This document shows positions 9,710 to 21,279 of a stretch of DNA of 24,008 nt, in pieces. The stretch spans positions 1 to 24,008 of the forward strand of contig NW_021836431.1 of the NCBI RefSeq assembly GCF_006345805.1, given 5' to 3'. The stretch comes from Octopus sinensis. Its lineage: Eukaryota. The notes below the pieces were generated by a model. That model did no database searches and was not told the origin of the DNA. It worked only from the letters and a program-made list of their open reading frames with translations. Position 1 is the stretch's first letter, and each line of letters opens with the position of its first letter. A program made the position numbers and the translations under genes.

Positions 9710-10866
9710 AATATAGTGATAGAAAAAATTAGAAAGGATGAAGACTTAGAAGCTTGGAAGAAGCACTGCATCCAACATGTTCGCTGCGAGATTGGCCCTC
9801 GTATAATTCTTTAACGCGAAGCACGAAGACTGTATTGTCAGTGCTTTAATAGACGAGGGAAGGAAGCCGTTCAAAAGTCCCGAGTGGCAGAGACCCAACG
9901 TAGTAACAGCTACAATTCATGGATTATAATGAGCGCATACTACTGGAGCCAGAGCAGATGTCTAATGCTTTTCAGCAGCACTTCGCTCGACTGTTCGGAG
10001 CAACCTTCTTCGTATCTTTTTCTTCATCTCTTCCATCCATCTACTGTGTCCCGCCTATCATTCGGAACGAATGGCAGGCGGAAAACATTAGATAAGTTTC
10101 AGTGCCTATCTCGACGGTCTGCCGCGACTATCGGCAAGGGAGGCGAGGCATTGCGAAGGGCCAATAACAACCGCAGAAATACGGGAAGCAATGAATGGCT
10201 GCATAAAGGGTAATTCGTCTGGTCTAGACGGTCTATCATACGAGTTTTACTTTTATATGCCAGACATGTTTGAAAAGCCTTTTAACAGAGATATCTACTG
10301 TAACAGGCAACAGAACGAAAGAATTCCCAGATTTGTGAATCGAGAAGCGATAGCACTAGTACGAAAGAATTCAAACAAGGGGAATCAAGTGGAGAATTTT
10401 GGACTCATAACACTGTTAGACGCCGAGTGCAAAATTTTAACCAAAGTGTTATCGAAGAAGTTGACGCTTGTTATTGATGGTCTAACTCAAGGGTTCTCAA
10501 CTGGGACCGTATAATATTTGGGGTGGCACGGATGCAATATAGCAATATGGGGGTCCATAGTAATAAGAATGAAAGGGGTCTATGGACGAAAAATGGCTGG
10601 TGACATGCGCAGTCCCATGCTGATCTGTCCACGATAGCCTCCACCTCATGCATTACATCAAGGAAGTATATCGTGGAGATGGTGGGCAAAGAACTTGGCA
10701 TGAGTGAGGCCCTGATCCTGTTGGATCAATCAAAAGTCTTCCATGGGGTCGGCCACCAATTCTTATCATTTTTTTTTCTTACGGTGGCCGGGTTCAGTCT
10801 CGTCTTCTGCGGTTGGATTGCCGCAATGAACAGCGACATCTGCTCTCTTGTTCAGCTAATGTTTAT
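9710..10866 (+). mobile_element. Older Tx1-like LINE copy, left part (linker and RT N-half)
   Basis: Collinear with the reverse complement of ~1990-1000: GCGAGATTGGCCCTCG, TTTCAGCAGCACTTCGCTCGACTGTTCGGA, SSGLDGLSYEFY, ITLLDAECKILTKVLSKKL, LDQSKVFHGVGH. Confidence 0.88.
10488..10602. mobile_element. Truncated hAT/Charlie-type MITE inside the Tx1 RT
   Basis: Starts CAAGGGTTCTCAAC (Charlie-like TIR) and separates ..LVIDGL from TCAVP, which are close together in the first Tx1 copy. The right TIR is absent. Confidence 0.55.
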
Positions 10867-11141
10867 TGTAATATGTGTGGTGAAAGGAGCGTAACAGAAC
10901 AAGGAAAGAATTAGAAGTGTAATTTGGTCTTACCTGCGGAGATGAAGTCGGATTCGCCTTCAGCCAACTTGCTAAGGTCTTGTCGTCTTCGCGTCGTTCT
11001 CCAGTCTGTCTCGCCTGGTCAATCCCGCACGTGCGTTCTGTCTCTCACTTCCGCTTCCGCCGGCGCATGCGCCCTGCAAGACCTGCAAGCCCCACTTCCG
11101 CTCCCTCCCGCTCCGTCACACTCCTCCAACACCACACCACA
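10867..11141 (-). repeat. 3' LTR (275 bp)
   Basis: Direct repeat of 12951-13225; the only difference I found is C10990 versus T13074. Confidence 0.96.
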
Positions 11142-11152
11142 CGCCCCCCTGA
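11142..11152 (-). other. Polypurine tract
   Basis: A G-rich run (AGGGGGCG) on the minus strand directly abuts the TG of the 3' LTR. Confidence 0.8.
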
Positions 11153-11314
11153 TCTATAGATCACTGAACCGGCTTCCACTCCTCGCTCCCGCACCTGAAA
11201 CTGGTTTCATAGTCAGCCAACCAGGGAGGAGGGTGCCGCTCCCTCTGTGGTCGCAGTGCGACCTAGGACTTGTTTCTGGCGTGTTGCTGCCGACCTCGCT
11301 CATCCTGTCTGTTG

Positions 11315-12200
11315 TTATCGTCTTGCCCACTGTTGCTTGTCCCATCCTCCGGGGCATGGACAATCCTCCGTATGTCCAAAAACGTGGCGTGGCATACCAT
11401 CGACCGAGATGTTATTCTTTGAATTTACGGAGGTTATTGTCCCCTTTCCCCATTGCGATGTACACACCGTGCGTTTGGGGGTTTTCCCAGACTTCCTTCC
11501 TCCCCGACCTGCACGAAGGCGTGCTCTTCCTCTGCCCCGGGTCGCATTGATGTAGTACACGGATGCCTCCACTCGTACCTGATATTGCCCTGTGTGGCAC
11601 TGACTCCTCAGCCTGTCCTGATCTGGGCGACATGTTGTACCAAAACACGGCCTCGACTGGTGAAATGTGACCCCTCTCTGCCATGGCCTTGATGGTACGA
11701 TGATGCCTTTCCACCACCCCGTTTCCACTTGGCCGGTATGCCGCCCTGAAGAAGCGGTTGACCTTCCACTCATCAAGCATTTCTCTCAGCGCCTCCGAGC
11801 GAAATGCAGTGACATTGTCCAGAAGCAGTTCATCCACGGGGCCTCGTTCCAGGAATATCTCGTTCAGCACTTTCGCAATTTCTTCTGCGGTTCCTGACCT
11901 CATCTCCCTCCATATGGCGAACCGCCCCGGTCCGCAGTCAACCATTGAGAGGTAAGTCCCCTGCCGGTAGTGTGTTATGTCGTCTCCAGTCCTGGTCCAC
12001 TGGAATACTTCCCGCTTCATGCACGACCGGAGCAGGGTCGATGGACTGGCACCTGTCACAACTACTAACCACTTTCCGCACGCTCTGTCTTGTTACGTCG
12101 GAGTCGACTTTTCTGGCTAGGAACAACGTCCTGTCCACACCCATGTGATGCATGGTGTGCAGTCTCCGCAACTCCGAGTCGCTCAGATGGCATACTGCAG
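11315..12200 (-). pseudogene. Gypsy integrase (HHCC finger, DDE core, C-terminal part), frameshifted
   Basis: LHTMHHMGVDRT..CDRC, DITHY, LLLDNVTAF, AYRPSGNGVVERHHRTIK, CTSQWGKG..VDGMPRHV. Confidence 0.92.
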
Positions 12201-12903
12201 CTACATCCTGCTTCGCATCCTCTGGCACTTGCAACCAGGCTCGCTTAACCCTGGTCAGGACGTCTGCCCTGTTCTTCTCGGAAGGCACAAAGATCACGCT
12301 CAGCTTCAGATTGAACTCGTGGTAGTTCACGCAGTATCCCCAATCGACGCTTTACCACATCTCTGCAGCCCCTTTGGTCCGCACCCTCCGCTCATCGGTG
12401 ATGACTGCCGTCGCCCAACCAAGTACAGTGGCTGAATCAGTCCTGATTTCTATGGTGTGCAACCTCCACTTCAAGGCTAGGTTCACCCCCTTCAGCACGG
12501 CTTCCAACTCCCCACGTTGATGTGACTGCAGTCATCCATCTTCCTGAGCCAGGCTGCATCTTTCCACCGTGACACCTCCCACTTCCAAGACGACCCCTAT
12601 TGCAATGCTACTGGCGTCACACCATACGATCCCGCTCTTTGATTTGGGAACATACCAGCTGCCCCTCACCGGGTCCTCTGCTCCTACTCTGACCAGGACT
12701 TCCTGCATCATGTCGATCGTCCTCTCCCCCATCTCCAGATATAACGCCAACGCCGGGCCATCCAAATACAACGGCATAAAACTAGCCAGGTCAGCTATGC
12801 CGTGTAGCTTCGCCACCAATTTTACCCTCCTCAACCAAGCGACCACGTCGGTGTCGCCGCAAAACGGTGTTATAGGGTCGCGTGAAATCATAGCAGTCTG
12901 CAT
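12201..12903 (-). pseudogene. gag N-terminus fused in frame to RNase H
   Basis: MQTAMISRDPITPFCGDTDVVAWLRRVKLVAKL..PLYLDGPALALYLEM (gag) runs into GERTIDM..DPVRGSW..VWCDASSIAIGVVLE. After frameshifts come HINV..LEAVLKG, IRTDSATV and VPSEKNRADVLTR. Confidence 0.88.
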
Positions 12904-12950
12904 AATTTTTTATTTTTACGAAACCGAGTGATTATTTTGCCGAAATAGCT

Positions 12951-13225
12951 TGTAATATGTGTGGTGAAAGGAGCGTAACAGAACAAGGAAAGAATTAGAA
13001 GTGTAATTTGGTCTTACCTGCGGAGATGAAGTCGGATTCGCCTTCAGCCAACTTGCTAAGGTCTTGTCGTCTTTGCGTCGTTCTCCAGTCTGTCTCGCCT
13101 GGTCAATCCCGCACGTGCGTTCTGTCTCTCACTTCCGCTTCCGCCGGCGCATGCGCCCTGCAAGACCTGCAAGCCCCACTTCCGCTCCCTCCCGCTCCGT
13201 CACACTCCTCCAACACCACACCACA
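12951..13225 (-). repeat. 5' LTR (275 bp)
   Basis: Direct repeat of 10867-11141; lies 47 nt upstream of the gag ATG at 12903. Confidence 0.96.
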
Positions 13226-14040
13226 TTTATCTAATCTAAATGCGCTGTAATCCCCTTCTCTACGTAATCTAGAGTCAGTACTACGGAAACTGGAGACGTT
13301 TAGGAGCATCCCGCACGAACAAGGACGTGGAAGAACGGTGGTGGAGTCGTCGGTGTACGTCGACGACATCACGTCGTAGTACCGGACATCATACACACAG
13401 TATTACATGACAGAAACTGCCCTGCGCGCTCTTGTCCAGTATCTTGGTATTGCTGACTTGTGGGATTATGTCGAACACCAGCTGTCACGTGTTGTGTAAA
13501 CGGACCCAAGTACCGGCTGAGTCCGTTGTGAAGATTGTCCTGCTGTCTTCCTTTGGCCGGGAAGGGCTAGGCAATTAACAAAAGGGGTTGTGTGGTGGAC
13601 TAAACTGAAAGGGCTGAAGACATACTTTCCTTTTTTAGACCATCAAAGGAAAGTGGGGGTTGAAAGGGACTTTCTGCTGGCCAGCAATTTCGTTGAAAGG
13701 TGCAGGTGAATGTGGCGAGAATAATCTATCTGGGAATAATCTATGCAGCTGTAGATTAAGGGAAGAGGATGAAGAGAGGGCTCATTATTTTAGTGGTCAG
13801 GGTGACCGTGGTTGAGTGGGATTTCTACGATCAGCCTTTGGGTGTGTCTCTCTTTTCGAGGAATTTATTCATTGTTGAAATTTAACGTTATAGTTCTTTA
13901 TTTCACACGCCGCTTTATGTTATTCCACAGTATACCGTTTCGAACAATCGCCAACGTTTTTGTCAACACTTAGTGGTTAATAAAGAAACATACCGTCTCC
14001 AATCTTTTATATGAGCCCTCAGTAGTTAATAAAGAAAAAA
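13226..14040 (+). mobile_element. Older Tx1-like copy, right part (RT core, deleted middle, C-terminus, 3' UTR)
   Basis: PLLYV..LESVLRKLETFRSIP..YVDD (13356-13367) parallels ALLYVLTLEPLLRKL..YADD in copy 1, then ETALRALVQ..IADLWDYVE. It ends GAGCCCTCAGTAGTTAATAAAGAAAAAA. Confidence 0.8.
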
Positions 14041-14096
14041 TATTATTGTTATTGTTGCTGTTATTATTATTATTATATTATTATTATTATTATATC

Positions 14097-14179
<83 letters not shown>

Positions 14180-14200
14180 GTTATTATTATATTATTATTA

Positions 14201-14231
<31 letters not shown>

Positions 14232-14247
14232 CGTATTATTATTATTA

Positions 14248-14292
<45 letters not shown>

Positions 14293-14293
14293 C

Positions 14294-14361
<68 letters not shown>

Positions 14362-14390
14362 CGTTATATTATTATTATATTATTATTATC

Positions 14391-14422
<32 letters not shown>

Positions 14423-14534
14423 CGTTATTATTATTATTCTTCTTCTTCTTCTTATTATTATTATTATTATATTATTATTATCATCATTATTATTATTAAT
14501 ATTATTATTATTATTATTATCGTTATTGTTATTA

Positions 14535-14567
<33 letters not shown>

Positions 14568-14580
14568 CGTTATTATTATC

Positions 14581-14620
<40 letters not shown>

Positions 14621-14778
14621 TATTATTATTATTATTATTATCGTTATTATTATTAATATTATTATTATTATTATTATCTTTATTATTATTAATATTATTA
14701 TTATTATTATCGTTATTGTTATTATTATTATTATTATTATCGTTATTGTTATTATTATTATTATTATCGTTATTATTA
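14041..14778. repeat. Long (ATT)n microsatellite
   Basis: Direct reading. Confidence 0.97.
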
Positions 14779-14873
14779 TGAACTGTGAGCATGTAACAAG
14801 GCAGTCGTGTTGCTATTGTAATGGAGTTTGTAAAGAGCAAGGAAAAAATAAAGTAAATAAATACACACGAAGT

Positions 14874-16023
<1,150 letters not shown>

Positions 16024-16510
16024 TGCAATAGTTTAGAATCATGCTCACCTTGTGCAAGAGTATATAACCTGCATAACTGCTGAGCGGATCTTGAACGATA
16101 TACCACCCCTGAATTATATCATAACGTTCATACACCGACTACGTAATAAATAGTTGACTCGGTTACTTGTGTGCCAATGTTAATACTCTTTAATAATACT
16201 CCTTGACATTTATAATACTTTTAAATAATGACTTCTGGCTGTCATAATAAGTCTTAAAGAAGTATTTATAATATTTACCATACTCTCAAATGTAACTTGT
16301 AGCAGTCATGTTTCTTTTAAATAATCGTTTTGCAGAAGTCATAATATTCTTGAATAATGGCTTTTAGCAGTCGAAATATTTTGAATAGTATCTAGCAGTC
16401 ATTAACGCCTTTAATGGTTTCTTGAAGTCGTATTTCTTTCTGGAAAATAGCTTAGAATGTAACCCATCTATCACCACCACCGACTGTTCCTAGTAGGGCC
16501 GTATGATTAT

Positions 16511-17100
16511 AGTCCTCGGACACCTTTTCCATGGGGTCTTATAAAAAGCAATTGTCATTGAGCCTACTAACTGGATTCCCAAGCATGACCAATTGAGACT
16601 ATGGATATTATTCCTGGTCTTCATTTCGTTCTTGGTCTACTTCTAGGTCTCCTGAAAGTTGTTAGGGTAAAGTCCTCAGACATTTCTTCCATAAGGTCTT
16701 ATCAAAAGCAACTATCATTAGACTTTCCAGCTGAATTCCCAAGCTTGAACTATTGAGACTGTGGATATTAACTAACTGGCTTGTTCTTTGTTTACCCTCA
16801 GGTTTCCTGCCTGCCGTTGCGGGAGCGGGGGTACAGTCCTCAGGTACCTTCTCCACAGGGTCCTATAAGAAGTCACCGTAATTACACTTTCCGGTTGGAT
16901 TCTCAAGCGCGACCAGCTGAGACAATGGATATTTCTACCTCTAGATTACCATTTCGTTCTTGATCTACCTCTAGATTACCTGCTTCTCGTGGGGTTAGGA
17001 TCCTCAGACATCTCCTCCATTGGATCCTATGAGAAGCATGCCAGACGTGACCAACTGAAAGAAATGGCTACTACCGAATCATCTCGTTCTTGGTCTACGT
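16511..17100. repeat. Four diverged ~160-bp tandem units derived from the RTE 3' end
   Basis: TCCTC(A/G)G..TTCCA..TC(T/C)TAT recurs near 16511, 16671, 16835 and 16999; GAGAC..TGGATATT and GTTCTT.GT.TAC are shared. Confidence 0.85.
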
Positions 17101-17402
17101 TGTTCTTGGTCTCTTGCCTGTTGGCTCAACTTGAAGGATCTGTCTTGTGATTCTTATCTGTGACATTCTAGTAACATATCCGTTAGTACCATAGGTGTGA
17201 CGTCTCAATGTCGAAGAGTAGCGGCTCGGCCTGGAGAGACTCCCTGATCTCCGGACTACGCACACAATCAAGTTACAGGGCCCCAAGTTACTCTGGAGTA
17301 ACTGTTGAGTTACTTCAGAAATATTCGAAGAAACCCCATTTTGAATGCTTGTATTCACGATCGTGATCTTTCGGTCATTACTCAACACTCGTGACCATAG
17401 AT

Positions 17403-17972
17403 CAGTGGTTCCCAGACATTTTCGGACTGTTGCCCCCTTGACATCCAGGTCACATTCTTAGCGCCCCTACCCCAACTAACCAAACACAGACACAGACCCC
17501 TTTCTGAAGCAAATTCAAAGCAACTGTATTTCACAAATAAAACATAATCTGATGAACCCATTATTTTGTTGTTTTTACATGAATCGCCACCCCATTATCG
17601 CCCCAATTTTTACATGAATCGCCACCCCATTATCGCCCCAATTTTTACATGAATCGCCACCCCATTATCGCCCCATTTTTACACGAATCGCACACCCATT
17701 ATCGCCCCAATTTTTACATGAATCGCCACCCCATTATCGCCCCAATTTTTACATGAATCGCCACCCCATTATCGCCCCAATTTTTACATGAATCGCCACC
17801 CCATTATCGCCCCAATTTTTACATGAATCGCCACCCCATTATCGCCCCAATTTTTACACGAATCGCCATCCCATTATCGCCCCACTTTTCTTCAATGCTC
17901 CCTTGGAACTTTCCACAGCCCCCTCCCCTCCCGGGAGGGGAGGGGCGATGCCGCCCACTTTGGGAACCACTG
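17403..17972. mobile_element. hAT/Charlie-type MITE (570 bp)
   Basis: TIRs CAGTGGTTCCCA and TGGGAACCACTG; 8-bp TSD CCATAGAT (17395-17402) versus CCAAAGAT (17973-17980), 7 of 8 matching. Confidence 0.93.
17572..17885. repeat. 35-bp minisatellite, 9 copies, inside the MITE
   Basis: Unit TTTTTACATGAATCGCCACCCCATTATCGCCCCAA; CAYGAATCG at 17578, 17613, 17648, 17682, 17717, 17752, 17787, 17822 and 17857. Confidence 0.97.
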
Positions 17973-18634
17973 CCAAAGATGAATGAGCATAAGCACAGAA
18001 ACCAAAGTGAAGAATGCGAATCTGGCAATTTTACCAACCTCTCCTTTTCTATACATCGAGTGATGGAGATGGCACATTATAGTACCAGAACCTGCAAGTC
18101 TAGCATCCAATTCTCTGCTTCCTATCACTTGTACTTGTAGATACAAGATGCTTAAATTCCTTCATCTGTCTTAGAGTTGTTACACTAATATACACAACAA
18201 AATTCTAAAGCAATGATTTCTAACATTCATAATTTTCTTGAAACAATTCTTTTAATTAGTTTTGATAACTCTTAAATAATTCGTCTAAACAACCAAGTTA
18301 CTTCCAGTGTGGTCCTTAAATAACTTTCGCGTTAAACTATAATTAGTTTTATTAATAAATAATTCGCTTATGCAATTCCTCATAACTTTGACGATGGTTT
18401 CAAATAATGGCATTTCACCATTCTTGAATCAGGCATCAACTATGATAAATCATCGTAACAATTCCTGTCCCGTTCTGCCAAGTGTCATATAAAAGCACAC
18501 TATTTTGACTGATCAGGTAAAAGAAGAAAAAAGACAAGAAAAAAGAAAAAATGTAATAAAAATACGATATATGAACCTTAATTGGGGGGAAAAATTCCGG
18601 GCAACGACCTGGGTAAGATAAGTATAACCCATTT

Positions 18635-19955
18635 ATATATGTATGTATGTATGTATGTATTTATTTATGTGTGTGTGTATGTATGTATGTGTGTGTGTAT
18701 GTATGTATGTATGTATGTATGTATGTATGTAGTATGTATTATGTTAGTATTATGTGTGTATGTATGTATGTATGTATGTGTGGTGTGTATGTATGTATGT
18801 ATGTATTATCTAGGTATGTATGTATGTATGTATGTATGTATGTGTGTAGTGTGTATGTATGTATGTATATGTATGTAGGTATGTATGTATGTATGTATGT
18901 ATGTTTGTGTTTGTTGTGTATGTATTATGTAGTGTATTATGTGTGTATGTATGTGTATATGTGTATGTGTATTAGTTTATGTAGTGTATGTTGTATTTAT
19001 GTATGTGTGTGTATGTTATGTATGTATGTATGTGTATGTATGTATTGTATGCTGTGTGTGTGTGTATGTATGTATGTATGTATGTATTGTCTATGTGTAT
19101 ATATGTGTGTTGTCTGTATGTATGTATGTAGGTGTTATGTAGTATGTATGTATGGGTCATGTATGATGTGTGTATGTATGTTATTGTATGTATGTATGTA
19201 TGTATGTGTGTGTATGTATGTATGTATGTATTTATGTATGTATGAATGTATGTATATTCATGTATGTGTGTGGTAGGTATGTGCATGGGTGTGAAAAAAG
19301 ACAGCAAGACGGAATGTGTACGTGGCCTCTGTGTGGGTGGTGGGTGTGTGGGTGTTTGTGTGTATGTGTGTGTGTGTGTGTGTGTGTGTTGTGTGTTGTG
19401 GTGTGTGTGTGTGTGTGTGTGTGTTGTGTGTGTGTCTGAGCGTGTTTCATTACTTTTATCTGGCAAGTTGCGTTCAGTGTTTTAGAGTTCTGCAAGTATT
19501 CTCAGATAAGTTGCTGTTTGCTTCCCGAATAATTTACACTTACGCACGCGCGTACTCACACACACACACACACACACACACACCAACTCACGTGGATATG
19601 TGTGTGTGTGTATGTGTGCGTTTGCGCGTGTGCAGATGTGCATATACAGTACTTACAAATATGCACACATGTACACACAGAGGAACGTATACAGACACAT
19701 AATTATATATAGAGAGAGAGGGGGAGGGAGAGAGAGAGAAGGACAAATACCGAAATACATACATACACTTGTACTTAAATATATATCTTGGTGTGTGTAT
19801 ATATATATATATTATATTCGTGTGTATGTATGATGTGTGGTGCGTGTGGTGTGCGTGCATGCGTGTGTGTGATTGTGTGTCTCTATGTGTGTGTAATATA
19901 TATATATAAGCAGACATGCAATTAAACATTAAAAGTCTGGGTCGTTATTTTTATA

Positions 19956-20046
<91 letters not shown>

Positions 20047-20500
20047 TGTTATATACGCTCATATATACATATATACATATACATATACACATATGCATAT
20101 ACATATGCATTATAATATATATATATGTATGCATGTATGTATGTTTGTATGTTTCTATGTATGTATGTATGTATGTATGTATGTATGTATGTATGTGTAT
20201 GTATGTATGCATGCGTGTGTGCATGTATATATGCATGTATGTATGAGTGTATGCGTGTATGTATGCATGTATGTATGTATATATGTATATATGTATGAAT
20301 GTATGTACGTCTGTACGTATGTATGTTTGTATGCATGCGTATATGTATGTATGTATGCATGTGTGTATGCATGTATGCATATATGTATGTGTGTGTATGT
20401 ATGCATGTATGTATGTATGTATGTATGTATGTATGTATGTACGTATGCGTGTATGCATGCATCTATATATGTGTGCGTATATGTGTCTATGTATGTATGT
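18635..20500. repeat. (GTAT)n, (GT)n, (CA)n, (GA)n and (TA)n microsatellite field
   Basis: Direct reading. Confidence 0.95.
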
Positions 20501-20989
20501 GAAATCTTTACAGCATTGGATCCACATGTCTCTATTGTCGGTCGCCATTTTTTTTTACTCAGGGTGGGGTTCTTGTGTTTTGCACTTTTTGTTTTGTTTT
20601 TCTTTTTTCTTTTCTTTTTTTTTCATTTTTTTTTTACTATTTTATCGCAGTCAATCTTGCAGACATCCTAACATGATTACATCACGAGTAGTAAGCTAAT
20701 CAATAAGACCAAAAATATGCTTTGCCAAGCGTTTCAATAGAACAGCGTCAACCAACCCGAACGATCACTTGTACATTGAAACCGACCGACTAGGACGTTC
20801 CACATTTATATTGTTAAAACATTATTAAACATGAGCCTGTTCGAGGTGTCTTGTTGTTGTTGTTTGTTCTTGTTGTTACTGTTGGTAGCAAGTAATGGTA
20901 GTGGTGATGGTTGTAGTGGGGGCGGTGTTGTTCTCGCTGTTGTTGTTGTTGTTGGTGGTGGTGATAGTGGTGGTTGTGTTCGAGGAGGT

Positions 20990-21185
20990 GGGCGGCGATG
21001 GAGTGGAAGAATTCGGGTAGAGTTGTCGCTGTTAATAATAATCGCCTTGCTATTTGCGATATTTCGTTTTTGCTTCTTTGTATTCTCTGTTCGAATGCCA
21101 AATCTCCATGGTGCCAACGTTGCTTTTCATACTTGTAGGATTGGTCAATAAAATCAAATACCAGTCAAACACTGGGGATATGAAA
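20990..21185 (+). mobile_element. Highly diverged SINE family B (Nin/Deu-domain-like)
   Basis: GTTCGAATGCC..CAACGTTGCTTTTCAT..GGTCAATAAAATCAAATACCAGTCAAACACTGGGG parallels 23150-23240. Confidence 0.55.
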
Positions 21186-21193
21186 TATAAACT

Positions 21194-21213
21194 TATTATT
21201 ATCATTATTATTA

Positions 21214-21268
<55 letters not shown>
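21194..21268. repeat. (ATT)n microsatellite
   Basis: Direct reading; similar tracts at 21805-21904, 22066-22115 and 22855-22970. Confidence 0.95.
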
Positions 21269-21269
<1 letters not shown>

Positions 21270-21279
21270 ATAATTGTTA

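Larger units (their letters stand above)
10867..13225 (-). mobile_element. Internally deleted Ty3/Gypsy LTR retrotransposon (2359 bp)
   Basis: Two 275-bp TG..CA LTRs; 5-bp TSD TTTAT at 10862-10866 and 13226-13230; PPT; RNase H before integrase. Confidence 0.96.
16465..18175 (-). mobile_element. 5'-truncated RTE-clade LINE, split by a MITE, with reiterated 3' end
   Basis: Minus strand: LRQMKEFKHL..TSDRK..RELDARL..[MITE]..IYGHEC*VMTERSRS*IQAFKMGFLR..GYVTRMSQIRITRQIL..GKRPR..WKKCLRTLP, the usual RTE post-RT C-terminus. Confidence 0.85.

Noticed and set aside
10924-11550. 208-aa plus-strand ORF and its 80-aa twin at 13008-13250
   Set aside because: Antisense read-through of the GC-rich LTR and integrase tail, starting at TTG, with no recognisable motifs.
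12939-12950. Tf1-type self-priming PBS
   Set aside because: No complementary segment was found in the LTR by eye.
17572-17885. 35-bp repeats as a CRISPR array
   Set aside because: Units are contiguous with no unique spacers, lie inside a TIR element, have no cas genes nearby, and the context is eukaryotic.
19922-20548. AAAATGGCG-initiated ORF MATDNRDMWIQ.. as a first exon
   Set aside because: After 17 codons it enters (CATA)n and there is no good splice donor. AAAATGGCG also occurs near 4412 without support.
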